Virus record (IMG/VR): IMGVR_UViG_3300025651_000001
Strand: one strand, 5' to 3'
Origin: a virus
DNA length: 60,471 nucleotides
The notes beneath the pieces were generated by a model. The model did no database searches and had not been told where the DNA came from. It saw nothing but the letters and a program-made list of their open reading frames with translations. Made by a program: the position numbers and the translations under genes. Positions 16,182 through 25,289 of this stretch are shown in pieces (position 1 is the stretch's first letter; each line of letters starts with the position of its first letter).

Positions 16182-16542
16182 CGATCTCCTCGTACAGTTT
16201 GAAACTTGCCTCCGCCAGCTCATCGTCGTAGTCGAGCCGGGCGCCAAAGACCTTCAATGCGTGCTCGACGGACTTGCGGTGGCGGTTGAAGGCGCGGCCG
16301 GTCCACGTCAAGTTGAACGTGAAGTTGGCGTGGAGGTAGATCGCCTGGTGGCGAACTGCGACAAGATCGGCGTCGCGGGCGCTCCCGAGGATGGAGGCCC
16401 GGTTGATGTGGCCCTGCCGGCCGTTCAGCCCTTTCACCAACCGGTCGATGATCTCGTCCCTCAGGTCATTGCAAAGACCGCCGGCCTCAGCCAGGACCGC
16501 CGCCCGCTCGGCGTCCGACAATCTCCTGATGTGGTTAGACAT
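16087..16542 (-). CDS. DnaA domain IV-like DNA-binding protein (151 aa)
   Basis: The segment ARDADLVAVRHQAIYLHANFTFNLTWTGRAFNRHRKSVEHALKV follows the DnaA C-terminal pattern (R..AMYL...T..S...IG..F.RDHTTV.HA..K). Its last 95 nt overlap the polymerase start. Confidence 0.45.
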   Translation of the reverse strand: MSNHIRRLSDAERAAVLAEAGGLCNDLRDEIIDRLVKGLNGRQGHINRASILGSARDADLVAVRHQAIYLHANFTFNLTWTGRAFNRHRKSVEHALKVFGARLDYDDELAEASFKLYEEIDATPAVHALRILVPALAQLAAPVGRRAPDRH

Positions 16543-16906
16543 TCACAACTCCTCTGGCAACCAGCTCGGCCTCCACCAGCATGAGATAGCGGCGCAGGTC
16601 CCGGATGTCATCGATCAGCCCTTCATCGCGGGGATCGGCGGCGACGCCGGCGAACACGTCCCAGGGCGCAACGGGGTTCTCAGCGTTCGACATGTTGGCT
16701 GTGCACTGATCCATCTCGTGGGGCCGCAGAGCGTTCTCGATGCGGTCCCACTTCCGGGCCAGCATCATGAAGGCCCCGATACCGCCGCGCCGCTTCCAGC
16801 TGGATCCGTAGTGGAGTTCAGCGACCCTGAGCGCAGCAACATCAGCCGCTGCGACCCGGTCAATATGTTCAATGTGCGTCGAAGTCGAATTCAGGTGCGA
16901 AGTCAT
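16535..16906 (-). CDS. DUF1599-like protein ('nucleotide modification associated domain 1', 123 aa)
   Basis: Motif YGSSWKRRGGIGAFMMLARKWDRIEN. GGAGGAAAACG RBS. The longer 213-aa ORF is rejected. Confidence 0.55.
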   Translation of the reverse strand: MTSHLNSTSTHIEHIDRVAAADVAALRVAELHYGSSWKRRGGIGAFMMLARKWDRIENALRPHEMDQCTANMSNAENPVAPWDVFAGVAADPRDEGLIDDIRDLRRYLMLVEAELVARGVVNV

Positions 16907-17489
16907 CGTTTTCCTCCGGATTGAAGTGGTCCTTGATCCACTTGTCGGCCTCGTCCGCATCCTCGGGCATTCGAGCCCAGACCCATCGGACGCACTCGAC
17001 AAACTCTTGCATATCGTGGGGCAACGGCTTCTTGAGCCAGCCTGCCTCGATACGCAGCCTGATCTCCTCCGTCTGCTGGTTGCCCATCCGGTACTGCTCC
17101 AGACACCACAGCCAGAGCTCCAGACGGTCCAGGGCCTTGAGAACGTCCCTGTGCTCTGGGCTGAGCTGGTGCGCATCGGGGATGCCGAAGCGGGCGCAGA
17201 TGTCCTCGTCCATCGCCCTCAGAGCGGACGCCAACTCCGGATGGTCGTCGATGACCTGCCCCGGGATGTCGCCCGTGAAGCGCTCGGGTGCGTCGTGGAA
17301 CAGAGCCGCCGGGCCAAGAGTAGCCCAGAGCTGCGGCCGGAAGGCCCAGAGCAGCACGAGCACGTTGTACACGTGAATCGCGTTGTTGTACTCCCCATGG
17401 AACGGCGCCACGTGGACACGACGGACGGCGCCGCTCTCTCGGCCGATCTTGGTGATCTTCAGAACTCTCTCAAGCGTGCGCGTTTCCAC
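16869..17489 (-). CDS. HD-domain phosphohydrolase (dNMP/dNTP hydrolase-like, 206 aa, GTG start)
   Basis: Motifs H..N and LFHDAPERFTGDIP. GAAGGGGAGAGG RBS before the GTG at 17489. Confidence 0.7.
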   Translation of the reverse strand: METRTLERVLKITKIGRESGAVRRVHVAPFHGEYNNAIHVYNVLVLLWAFRPQLWATLGPAALFHDAPERFTGDIPGQVIDDHPELASALRAMDEDICARFGIPDAHQLSPEHRDVLKALDRLELWLWCLEQYRMGNQQTEEIRLRIEAGWLKKPLPHDMQEFVECVRWVWARMPEDADEADKWIKDHFNPEENDDFAPEFDFDAH

Positions 17490-18546
17490 CGTCCTCTCCC
17501 CTTCCGTAGTCAACTCCGTCGTCCTGGGCCCTGACCCAGGCCCGGTGCCGTCCCTCGATCCACCTTGAGCAGGCAATCCTCCAGTCGCTGGCCTGACACT
17601 GCTGAACGATCTCCAGAGCGCCGATGTATCGGTCCTCCCCGCGCGTGTCGCGGTAGTGCCGGTGGGCCATCACAATCGGGCACGCCACCGTCGTGAAGAA
17701 GCGGTGATGTAGTTTCGGGTGCGTCGGCTCCTGCCAGAAGATGGTCAGGTCTGCGTCCCACTTGATCTGGGCGTGGGGCATCTCGTCCATGATGGGGAAC
17801 GGCTGTGCCAGCCCAAGCTTGTACATGCAGTGACGCTCCACCTCCTGGGGCCGGTCGGGGATGCTCATCCCCGCCATGACCTCGGTGTAGGCGTGATAGT
17901 TGTTCGAGAACTGGTACATGAAGCCCACGTCGCACCCGAGGGAGCGGGCGACGTACTCCAGCAGCACCGAGAAGTGGACCGCGTTCGCACCGTGGGCGCC
18001 CCAGATCGCGTCATTGGAGCGACAGCAGATAGTCATGTTGACCCGGCCTCGGGTCACCCCGAGGTACACGTGCGTGTTGCAAGGCACGTCCCGGCCGCCC
18101 GCGTCGGCCGCGTCGATGTCGGCCCTCGGATCCCACATCCCAATGACCACCCGGCGGTCATTGGGATCCTTGCGCAGCCTCTGGATTGCCCAGGCCAGCT
18201 GGTCACGGTCGAAGTGCCGGCGCCAGCGGTGGCCGTAGGCGCCCGGCTGTGTCTTGCCGCCGTCGTCGCTGAATTGCGCCATCCGGCTGACGTATGGAGT
18301 GAGCGCCGCCAGATCGTTCCGGCCGGCGAGCATCCACAGGCTCTCAACGAAGTGGAAGAATGGGTTTTCGTTGCGTCCCGGAAGGGATAGCACCCGCTCG
18401 TCGGGCCGATGGGTCACGGTGGTCACCGGCGCCGGCGCGACGATCACCGGACCGTTGCGGCTCGACTGCTCGACGCCGTGCTGAAGCAGAGTAGACAAAC
18501 CTCCGGCGAGTGCGAAGTTGACGTTGCGGACCTCGTTAACGAACAT
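17470..18546 (-). CDS. Thymidylate synthase-fold enzyme, likely a dUMP hydroxymethylase (358 aa)
   Basis: ThyA-like motifs RNENPFFHFVESLWMLAGRND, GAYGHRWR, catalytic Cys in VPCNTHVY, and RSNDAIWG. Its position next to a 5-hmdU kinase-like gene favours a hydroxymethylase. Confidence 0.75.
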   Translation of the reverse strand: MFVNEVRNVNFALAGGLSTLLQHGVEQSSRNGPVIVAPAPVTTVTHRPDERVLSLPGRNENPFFHFVESLWMLAGRNDLAALTPYVSRMAQFSDDGGKTQPGAYGHRWRRHFDRDQLAWAIQRLRKDPNDRRVVIGMWDPRADIDAADAGGRDVPCNTHVYLGVTRGRVNMTICCRSNDAIWGAHGANAVHFSVLLEYVARSLGCDVGFMYQFSNNYHAYTEVMAGMSIPDRPQEVERHCMYKLGLAQPFPIMDEMPHAQIKWDADLTIFWQEPTHPKLHHRFFTTVACPIVMAHRHYRDTRGEDRYIGALEIVQQCQASDWRIACSRWIEGRHRAWVRAQDDGVDYGRGEDGGNAHA

Positions 18547-18549
18547 GTC

Positions 18550-18657
18550 TCACCTGCGATACTTGTAGTTGCGCCAAAGGCCGACGGCGGCGAGAGCGGC
18601 CCCGATGGCCACCCAGGCCCAAGCGTCATCCGGCGGGGTTGTCAGCCACGTCCACAT
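18550..18657 (-). CDS. Candidate 35-aa membrane micro-protein
   Basis: Product is MWTWLTTPPDDAWAWVAIGAALAAVGLWRNYKYRR. It exactly fills the gap between two enzymes. The RBS is weak. Confidence 0.35.
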   Translation of the reverse strand: MWTWLTTPPDDAWAWVAIGAALAAVGLWRNYKYRR

Positions 18658-18672
18658 CGCCCTGCAGCCTCA

Positions 18673-19692
18673 TCAGTAACCCCTCCCCGGGACATACTTG
18701 GCTCGCGGACGACCCTCGCCGTTGCGTACTCTCAGATATTTATCTACCTCGCACAGCGAGTGCTCCACGTCCCTCATCTCCAGCTTCGGTACGTGGAGGC
18801 CCAGGACATCAGAGGGCTCACCGCCGCTCGTCAGTTCCTCGTCAGTCGGGCTGTGGTACGTGGCCCGCTGAGAGTTGAGACGTTCCAGGATGTCCTGCAT
18901 GAGCGCGACAGCGTGCGATGGAGACATCCTCTGAGACGGGTCCACCCCGAGGAGCCGGTTGAGGCCGCGCAGAGCACCAGGCCCGGCGTTGGCCCAGGTC
19001 ATGATGTCCGGCGCCTGTCCGAGATAGCGCGTGTGGCGCATGTCCGTCACCACCTCATACGCCATGAAGGGCCCCCAGCCGACGTAGAAGTCATTCTGGA
19101 AGCGCTCCCACACAGACTGGAGTGTCTGGGGCGTGTCTAGGAAGCGGCGCCAGTCGTCGCGATCCTCCCAGAGCCGGCCGATGACCACCTCGGCGATGTA
19201 CCGCTGCTTGCTCCAGCTGTACCAATGCTTTCTCGGGTCACTCTCGGCGCGGATCATGTAGGCGCCGGTGTAGACCTTGTGTCCCAGGTTCTGGTAGGCG
19301 TCGAGCGCCTCCCCCAACTTCTCAGGCGCGAACGCCTCGTGGGACGGCCACGCGCCCGGGGTCTGCATCAGGTGCTGCAGTGTCGGCGGCCAGTTGATCG
19401 TCCGGGCAATCGCCAGCATCAGCCAGAGGTCAAGATGGTCGGCGAAGGGCCGCCGGATGTTCTCATCAATCCAGATCGTGACGCGGTCCAGCTCCCGGAA
19501 CACGTTGCAGAAGCGGTACTCACGCAGGATCGGGTCGTGGGTCAGGTAGTCGGCTCGATACTCGTGCAGCACTCCCTGGGTGCGACGCGGATTGGCCCAC
19601 TCCGGCACCGGGAGTGCGGCGAGATGCTGCTTGCGCAGGTAGATGGCATGGCGCTCGTTGATCCAGTAGGCCAGGGGAGCAATCCTAAGCAT
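18673..19692 (-). CDS. Alpha-glutamyl/putrescinyl thymine pyrophosphorylase (aGPT-Pplase)-like protein, paralog A (339 aa)
   Basis: Motif YRFCNVFRELDRVTIW and a C-terminal GWGPFMAYEVVTD segment, as I recall for aGPT-Pplase clade 1. One-nt start/stop overlap with the kinase gene. Confidence 0.65.
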   Translation of the reverse strand: MLRIAPLAYWINERHAIYLRKQHLAALPVPEWANPRRTQGVLHEYRADYLTHDPILREYRFCNVFRELDRVTIWIDENIRRPFADHLDLWLMLAIARTINWPPTLQHLMQTPGAWPSHEAFAPEKLGEALDAYQNLGHKVYTGAYMIRAESDPRKHWYSWSKQRYIAEVVIGRLWEDRDDWRRFLDTPQTLQSVWERFQNDFYVGWGPFMAYEVVTDMRHTRYLGQAPDIMTWANAGPGALRGLNRLLGVDPSQRMSPSHAVALMQDILERLNSQRATYHSPTDEELTSGGEPSDVLGLHVPKLEMRDVEHSLCEVDKYLRVRNGEGRPRAKYVPGRGY

Positions 19693-20315
19693 CAGTCGTT
19701 CTCCGCGATACGCGCCAACACTGCCGCCGCGTCCACCGCCACACTCTCACCGAGGACATCCAGGACGAGCTCGCCGCTGTCGAGCGCCTTCCGGCGCGTC
19801 GCCATGACGGCGCGGTGCTTATCCTCGATGGTCTTCGTTCGGGCCTTATCGCCGGTGCGCGCCCGCACACGCTCGATGCAGGTCTCCACCGGGGTGTGTA
19901 GGTAGGTCCAGAGGAAGCGGCGCCCTGTGCTCTCGCGCAGCCTCTGCGCAGTCTCCCTCCACGTCGCGTACACAGTGGAGATGAGTGAGCCCTCGAAGAC
20001 CACCGCTCGGACCTGGACGCCATTGATGCTGCGCGTCTGAGCCGCCGCCTGTACGGCGTCGATGCACAGCTGTGTGGTGGGCACTCTGTCCATGCCGCCG
20101 CAGTTGACGTCGCCGTAGCGCCCAACCAGCAGCACGCCCGTGACCGGGGAGAATGTCCCGTGGATGTATTTCCTGACCGTTCCCTTCTTGGTCTCGGCGT
20201 CGTAGCTGGTGATGATGTGGTTGTTCCAGTCGGTGTCGTGGGTCGTCGGTGTGACGAGCCTCATGGCCAGCGTGGTCTTGCCGGACCCGTTCGTGCCACG
20301 AATGTTGATGATCAT
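19692..20315 (-). CDS. P-loop kinase, 5-hydroxymethyl-dU DNA kinase-like (207 aa)
   Basis: N-terminal Walker A IRGTNGSGKTTLA. GGGAGGGAGA RBS. Flanked by the two Pplase-like genes. Confidence 0.65.
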   Translation of the reverse strand: MIINIRGTNGSGKTTLAMRLVTPTTHDTDWNNHIITSYDAETKKGTVRKYIHGTFSPVTGVLLVGRYGDVNCGGMDRVPTTQLCIDAVQAAAQTRSINGVQVRAVVFEGSLISTVYATWRETAQRLRESTGRRFLWTYLHTPVETCIERVRARTGDKARTKTIEDKHRAVMATRRKALDSGELVLDVLGESVAVDAAAVLARIAEND

Positions 20316-20386
20316 AATTCTCCCTCCCAGGACCGGAGACTAGCGTATGTGCGAGTTGGTACGGAAGTGCAGAAGGTTGTCAACCA

Positions 20387-21241
20387 CTAAGCCGCCGCGA
20401 GCATGGGAACGGGCGGCAGGTGGAGCCTCAGAACGTTGACGAGCGGCGCCGTGTTCCCCCAGACCTGCAGTCCCACGTCGATCTCGCGGATGTCCTTTCC
20501 GACATAGTAGTGGCCACCGCGCATCGACTTCCACTTACACAGGATTGTCTCAACCTCCTGTGGTCCGCACGGCCGGTCGAACGTCGGGGGCGCCTTGAAC
20601 TGGCGAAAGTAGCCCAGAAGATCGTTCCAGTGGGCATCACCCCGCCGGCCGTCCTCCGACGAGAGGATGTCCAGAGCCGCCGCTGGCTCGCGGTACATGA
20701 TGCCAAGGTCGGGTGGGAAAACGATCCTGCTGCCCAGAACGCGCTCCAGCATGTCGGCGATCTTGAAGCCGATCCACGGGCCGAACTGCGGCAGACGCTT
20801 GATCTTGGCCAACACGTCGTCAAGCGCGGCACTTCCCTCCGTGAGGTGCAAAACCAGGTCCTCGGGCCGGGGCCACATGTCCGCCAGCCAGCGCACCGCG
20901 TCGACAGCCTTCTGGCCCCGGAAGTGCCGGCGCTCGTGCGCCCTCGGCCATCGTCCGCCGGTCGGAGCGGGCAGCTCGTTGGCGGCAGCAATCTCCATCA
21001 TCCGCCAGAAGGTCCGCCCGCTGGCCGCCGCGATGTAGGCCGATGCTCCGCAATGGTAAAAGCACCAATAGGCGACGAGGAAGCGACACAGCTCATCCTG
21101 AGTGATGTACCTGGGCGGGGGCGCAGCCGCCGCGTCCACCGGCTCGCGCGTATAACGGCCCGTGGCGCCCGCTAACATAGAATACACCGGGTCCAGGTCC
21201 TCGGTCCTGATGAGCTGTGTTCCGAACGTCCTGATATCCAT
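20387..21241 (-). CDS. aGPT-Pplase-like protein, paralog B (284 aa)
   Basis: Motifs DLDPVYSML, AYWCFYHCGAS, RWPRAHERRHFRG and FGPWIGFKIADM. GGAAGGGAGA RBS at the ATG at 21241. Confidence 0.6.
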   Translation of the reverse strand: MDIRTFGTQLIRTEDLDPVYSMLAGATGRYTREPVDAAAAPPPRYITQDELCRFLVAYWCFYHCGASAYIAAASGRTFWRMMEIAAANELPAPTGGRWPRAHERRHFRGQKAVDAVRWLADMWPRPEDLVLHLTEGSAALDDVLAKIKRLPQFGPWIGFKIADMLERVLGSRIVFPPDLGIMYREPAAALDILSSEDGRRGDAHWNDLLGYFRQFKAPPTFDRPCGPQEVETILCKWKSMRGGHYYVGKDIREIDVGLQVWGNTAPLVNVLRLHLPPVPMLAAA

Positions 21242-21255
21242 TGGTCTCTCCCTTC

Positions 21256-21417
21256 CTACATTGAGCCCGGCGGGACGTAGAGGCACTGGAGCTGGCTCCC
21301 GAAGTCACACCGATGATCGTGGGACTTCGCTTCCGTCACGGCGCCGATGAGCACCACCAGGATGATTGTTAGACAGGCCGCGATGAACATGTACAGGTCG
21401 CGCTTATGTTGACTCAT
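21256..21417 (-). CDS. 53-aa single-pass membrane micro-protein
   Basis: GGGAG RBS. Product is MSQHKRDLYMFIAACLTIILVVLIGAVTEAKSHDHRCDFGSQLQCLYVPPGSM. Not in the ORF track. Confidence 0.5.
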   Translation of the reverse strand: MSQHKRDLYMFIAACLTIILVVLIGAVTEAKSHDHRCDFGSQLQCLYVPPGSM

Positions 21418-21421
21418 GTCG

Positions 21422-21655
21422 TCACTCCCGTCCGTACTTGAGGAACATCGTCCCGAAGAGCAACCCCACGAGGAAAAGGCTCACCCGGGCAAGAGCCTCG
21501 GCCGCCTCGGGCTGCAGGCCCATCGACGCCAGCGCCCACTGGAGCAGACTGCCCACACCCAGCGCGGCCGTCATGAGCAGCATCAGCACGGTCGCAGCCA
21601 GGATGATCACGATGGTGCGACCGATGACGATGCAGACGATGTCCCAGAGGGTCAT
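21422..21655 (-). CDS. 77-aa membrane protein (2-3 TM segments)
   Basis: ATGA overlap with the radical-SAM stop. Almost entirely hydrophobic. Confidence 0.65.
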   Translation of the reverse strand: MTLWDIVCIVIGRTIVIILAATVLMLLMTAALGVGSLLQWALASMGLQPEAAEALARVSLFLVGLLFGTMFLKYGRE

Positions 21656-23019
21656 CTCACCGCCTCCCGCAGGTCCGGCAGCCGGAGCGCCTTTGCCTGT
21701 CCGAACAGCTCGGAGCCGCAGCGCGGCTTCCCGCCGTTGTTATCGGCGCAGGCGAGACACCCCGTCGGCGGGCACTCCTCAACCTCGCGGAAAGGCTGAT
21801 CTAGCTCCCGGCGGGTGAACATCGGGACCCGGTGGCCATGGCACTGGTCGGCGGTCAGGAAGTCGCCCCCAATGCTCACCCATCGGCCGTCGCGCTTGGC
21901 GTACTCATAGCACGTCGCGTAGGTCATGCCCAGCTCGGTGGCCCAGGATTGGTAGAGACGATGGGCCTCCAGCCGGTACTCCTCTACGATGGTCTTCTGG
22001 GCGCCCCCGCTGTTCTCCTGGAACAGGGCCTCGAACATGGCCGCACGGTTGTCGCCGAAACGCTTCTTCATGCGCTCGACCATCGTTCCGGCCCAGGAAT
22101 GGCCGGCTTCCACGAACTTGACGATCACGTGGTTGTTGCCGACGGCGGCCAGCCGCTCGAACAGCCGCCGGATGTCGTCGTGGGTGGTGATGCCCGCCAC
22201 AACCGGGTTGACCTGAATGGACGTGTAGATACCCTGGCGCCTCAGCTCGGCGATCTCGTCCAGATGCTCCTGCAGGGGGATAGCGCCGGGCGACAGCTTC
22301 TGCCAGTCCTCGTCGTCGCCTGTGTTGAGCGACTTCTGGGCATAGCTGTACTTGTTCTTCTTCAACAGGTCGATGGCCCAGCCGGGATAGTGGAGCCTGC
22401 TCAAGAAGAAGATCGGCAGACCGTTCTCGACGAAGGCCGTGGCTCCGGCCTGCGTGTTGTGATAAATGTCCTCCAGCGGCAGGAATGGATCAGTGAAGCT
22501 GGAGAAGTAGCCGGCGGCGCTCGTGCGCATGCCGGACAGCTGCTTTCGGACGTGGTCGCCGTAGTTGACCGGCACGCTGATGAGGCCGCTGCCCCGGTAG
22601 CCCCGGAAGCCGCTATTGACGTAGCAGAAGGCGCAGCCCACGGTGCAATAGCCGCCGTAGGGCTCAGTCAGGATCGCGTCTGTGAAGCACGGGCGCGGAC
22701 GGGAGCCCTGCTTGTCGTTGTGCTTGGGCTGATACCAGCCCTGCAGGTCCTTGCCCTTCTCCAGCCGGATGTGCGGAAGCGTGGGCTTGCCGTCGAAGCC
22801 CACGTATACCTTCCGTTCAATCATCATGTCCTCTGGCGCGTTCCTCACCATGCCGACGCGGGCGATGCGGAACTTGGCGACGCGGCCGGTGAGCGGGTCG
22901 TACTCCTCCTGCGCCGGGCCGACGAACTCACGCTGCTCGGGGTCGGGCCGCATGAAGTACTGGTAAGCCTTCTGCGCGTCCTCGCCGTCGTCGCGGTTGA
23001 GCCAAGCTGCGTGATCCAT
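21652..23019 (-). CDS. Radical SAM enzyme (455 aa)
   Basis: CxxxCxxC cluster motif CTVGCAFC. AGGAGGA RBS at the ATG at 23019. Confidence 0.8.
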   Translation of the reverse strand: MDHAAWLNRDDGEDAQKAYQYFMRPDPEQREFVGPAQEEYDPLTGRVAKFRIARVGMVRNAPEDMMIERKVYVGFDGKPTLPHIRLEKGKDLQGWYQPKHNDKQGSRPRPCFTDAILTEPYGGYCTVGCAFCYVNSGFRGYRGSGLISVPVNYGDHVRKQLSGMRTSAAGYFSSFTDPFLPLEDIYHNTQAGATAFVENGLPIFFLSRLHYPGWAIDLLKKNKYSYAQKSLNTGDDEDWQKLSPGAIPLQEHLDEIAELRRQGIYTSIQVNPVVAGITTHDDIRRLFERLAAVGNNHVIVKFVEAGHSWAGTMVERMKKRFGDNRAAMFEALFQENSGGAQKTIVEEYRLEAHRLYQSWATELGMTYATCYEYAKRDGRWVSIGGDFLTADQCHGHRVPMFTRRELDQPFREVEECPPTGCLACADNNGGKPRCGSELFGQAKALRLPDLREAVR

Positions 23020-23020
23020 G

Positions 23021-23230
23021 TCAGTTGTCCTCCTGGAAGATAGCCGCACGCACCGCCGCGTCCTTTGCCTCCAGCAGCTTGCGCAGGGCGGTTGAGCGCT
23101 CGGGGTTGCGCGGTAGGGTGTCAACGATGCGGGCCGCCAAACGCGCGAAGGGTCGGCTCACGTCCTGGAGCGGGGACGGCAGGTGATCGAACTCAAAGAA
23201 CTGAAGGATGGGCTCGCGGGAATCAGTCAT
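23021..23230 (-). CDS. Hypothetical protein (69 aa)
   Basis: ATGACTGA coupling with the upstream ORF. A conserved-looking LRKLLEAKDAAVRA segment. Confidence 0.65.
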   Translation of the reverse strand: MTDSREPILQFFEFDHLPSPLQDVSRPFARLAARIVDTLPRNPERSTALRKLLEAKDAAVRAAIFQEDN

Positions 23231-23399
23231 GTCGGGTCCTCTTGATCAGTCTCATGAGCTGCAGTTGAGCCCGACGCACGTCGGCGGCGGACCTGCTTGG
23301 CAGCCGCACGCACAACCCTGTTGGTTGGTGGCGCAGCTCGTGGCCGTCTATGACGTAGGCGGGGACTTGACCCCTCTGGTCTCGAACAAGCTCAGGCAT
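23223..23399 (-). CDS. Hypothetical protein (58 aa)
   Basis: Overlaps both neighbouring genes by 8 nt. No recognisable motif. Confidence 0.45.
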   Translation of the reverse strand: MPELVRDQRGQVPAYVIDGHELRHQPTGLCVRLPSRSAADVRRAQLQLMRLIKRTRHD

Positions 23400-23694
23400 C
23401 AACGGGCTCCTCGTCAGACGTGGCGACGCGGAGGAGCGCCTCCCTCTCCTCGGCCCCCGGCCAGCGGCCAAGCCGCTCGTCAAAGTCGGCCAGGAGGAGA
23501 AGCATCCTCATGACAACCACAAGGTCCTCGTGTTCAAATATTGCGACCTTGTCGCCGGGCTCGTGTCTGTCGTCGCGCTCCCACACCATCCCCTCCCACC
23601 GGCGCGGCGAGCAGAATTCAAAGCGCGTCAGGCGCCAGCTGCGGCCGGTGGCATCGAGGGCGGCAACCAGATCGTTGGGGAAGACGTTGCTCAT
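23392..23694 (-). CDS. Hypothetical protein (100 aa)
   Basis: ATGA overlap with the upstream gene. Confidence 0.6.
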   Translation of the reverse strand: MSNVFPNDLVAALDATGRSWRLTRFEFCSPRRWEGMVWERDDRHEPGDKVAIFEHEDLVVVMRMLLLLADFDERLGRWPGAEEREALLRVATSDEEPVDA

Positions 23695-24395
23695 GACTGC
23701 CTCCCATAGACGGTCACTCCGGTCTCCTGACCGTCATAGTGCAACAGCCAGGGCCGCAGGCACTCGCCATGCGTCAGCGCCTCCAGGCGGTAGTAGGACG
23801 CCGCGTGGTGTCGCGCGACGGCCACCATCTTGTACTTGGTCCGCTGTTGCCACCACTCGTCAAGCTTGTTGATGTAGTCGATGAAGCCGGGCCGCTCCAG
23901 ACCGTAGCTCCGCCAGTTGAGGTGCAGCTTGGAGCAGGCGCTGTCCGTGACCTGGATCCAGCTGGGACGCAGCTCCAGCACCTCGCCGATGAGCTCCAGG
24001 CGCCAGTCGTCCTCCCGTCCCTTCTCCAGGTCGAGGAGGGTGAGCCGGTTGAAGTCGAGGGACACGCCGACCTTCCGCGGCGGCTGTATCGTGGGCGCCA
24101 GCTTCTGGAGCACGCTGAGCGCGTCGTCATTGTCGCAGTACCGGAGCGGGTTTTGCGTCTGCAACTTCGCGTTCCACTCCTGGGCGCAGGCGGTGTCCAG
24201 GTCCGATGAGTAGATGCTGGCCCCAGGCCAGAAGTCCCTCATGATCTGCGCCGTCATGCCGATGCCGCCGAATGACTCAACGATCACGTCGGGCGCCTCC
24301 GCCCCCGCGAGGACGTGTCGCATGCAGGCGGCCTCCCTCGCGCGCTCTTTGGCGGGCCGGCTGTGGTACGGGGTCTTATCGGTCATCCTTGCCAT
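23691..24395 (-). CDS. Rossmann-fold SAM-dependent methyltransferase-like protein (234 aa)
   Basis: Motif I-like VIVESFGGIGM, an acidic post-I residue (SSDLD), and a possible degenerate motif IV (SLDFN). Confidence 0.4.
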   Translation of the reverse strand: MARMTDKTPYHSRPAKERAREAACMRHVLAGAEAPDVIVESFGGIGMTAQIMRDFWPGASIYSSDLDTACAQEWNAKLQTQNPLRYCDNDDALSVLQKLAPTIQPPRKVGVSLDFNRLTLLDLEKGREDDWRLELIGEVLELRPSWIQVTDSACSKLHLNWRSYGLERPGFIDYINKLDEWWQQRTKYKMVAVARHHAASYYRLEALTHGECLRPWLLHYDGQETGVTVYGRQS

Positions 24396-24398
24396 GGC

Positions 24399-25289
24399 TC
24401 ACCCCACGTTCCAGAGGAGGGCGCGGCCCTCGTGCTGGGTGGCGAACTCCGTGCGCTGCTCGCGCTGCCGGAGCCACCACCTGACGGTCTTGAGATCATA
24501 GTACTCATTGCACGGCCAGGGCACATCCGGGCCGGGTCGAGCCCGGTCCTTGTAGGCGTAGCCCTCGTTGACGATGTCTAGCCTGATGCCGAAGTTCTCG
24601 GCCAGCGCGGCCGGACTCAAGCCGACGTGTTGGGTGATGTAGCGCAACACCTCGATCTCGGATCGGCTGTAGCCGAGGTGGATGATCACGTCACCCTTCC
24701 AGGCCAGCATGTCCCGATGCAGGCTGAGCAGCCCGCTCACCACGCCAGCGGCGATGGTGGCGCTCGAAGCGGGCACCAGGATCGCTGTCGATAGCATGAC
24801 AGCCCTGACGGTATCGTTGTCCTGCAGCTCGGCCGCCGTCTCGCTCACGGTCTCGGGCAGCTTAAGCGCGTTCGGCATCATGTAGACATCGGGGCCGAAC
24901 TCCCGCACCAGCTCCTTCTTGGCTTGGTGGTAGAGGATCGCGCTGCGGCCGGCCGGGAGGGGGCGCAGATGCGCCCCTAGAGACATCGAGTGAGTCTGCT
25001 GCGGCCGCAGCTCGTTGCCGTCAGCCTTGTAGCGTGGATAGTAGTTGACGCACGTCTTCCCCAGGACGCGACATGCGTGGGCGACTGCCCAACCGCCCTG
25101 GGAATGGTAGGTGTCCAGCACGCCAATGACACGCTCGGGTCGCGCGACGATGTGGGCGAACACCCCTCGCGTCTTGGAGAACGGCGGCCCCGGCGGCGGG
25201 CAGCTCAGGTCCTCGCGCTTGACGAGGAGCCCGAACTGCTCGCGGTAGTCCTCAACGGGGGTGGTGACGCAGATAGATTGGCGGCTCAT
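24399..25289 (-). CDS. Fold-type II PLP-dependent enzyme (ACC deaminase / Trp-synthase beta-like, 296 aa)
   Basis: N-terminal VKREDLS...FSKTRG (PLP lysine context), then a glycine-rich nucleotide-loop-like region. Confidence 0.6.
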   Translation of the reverse strand: MSRQSICVTTPVEDYREQFGLLVKREDLSCPPPGPPFSKTRGVFAHIVARPERVIGVLDTYHSQGGWAVAHACRVLGKTCVNYYPRYKADGNELRPQQTHSMSLGAHLRPLPAGRSAILYHQAKKELVREFGPDVYMMPNALKLPETVSETAAELQDNDTVRAVMLSTAILVPASSATIAAGVVSGLLSLHRDMLAWKGDVIIHLGYSRSEIEVLRYITQHVGLSPAALAENFGIRLDIVNEGYAYKDRARPGPDVPWPCNEYYDLKTVRWWLRQREQRTEFATQHEGRALLWNVG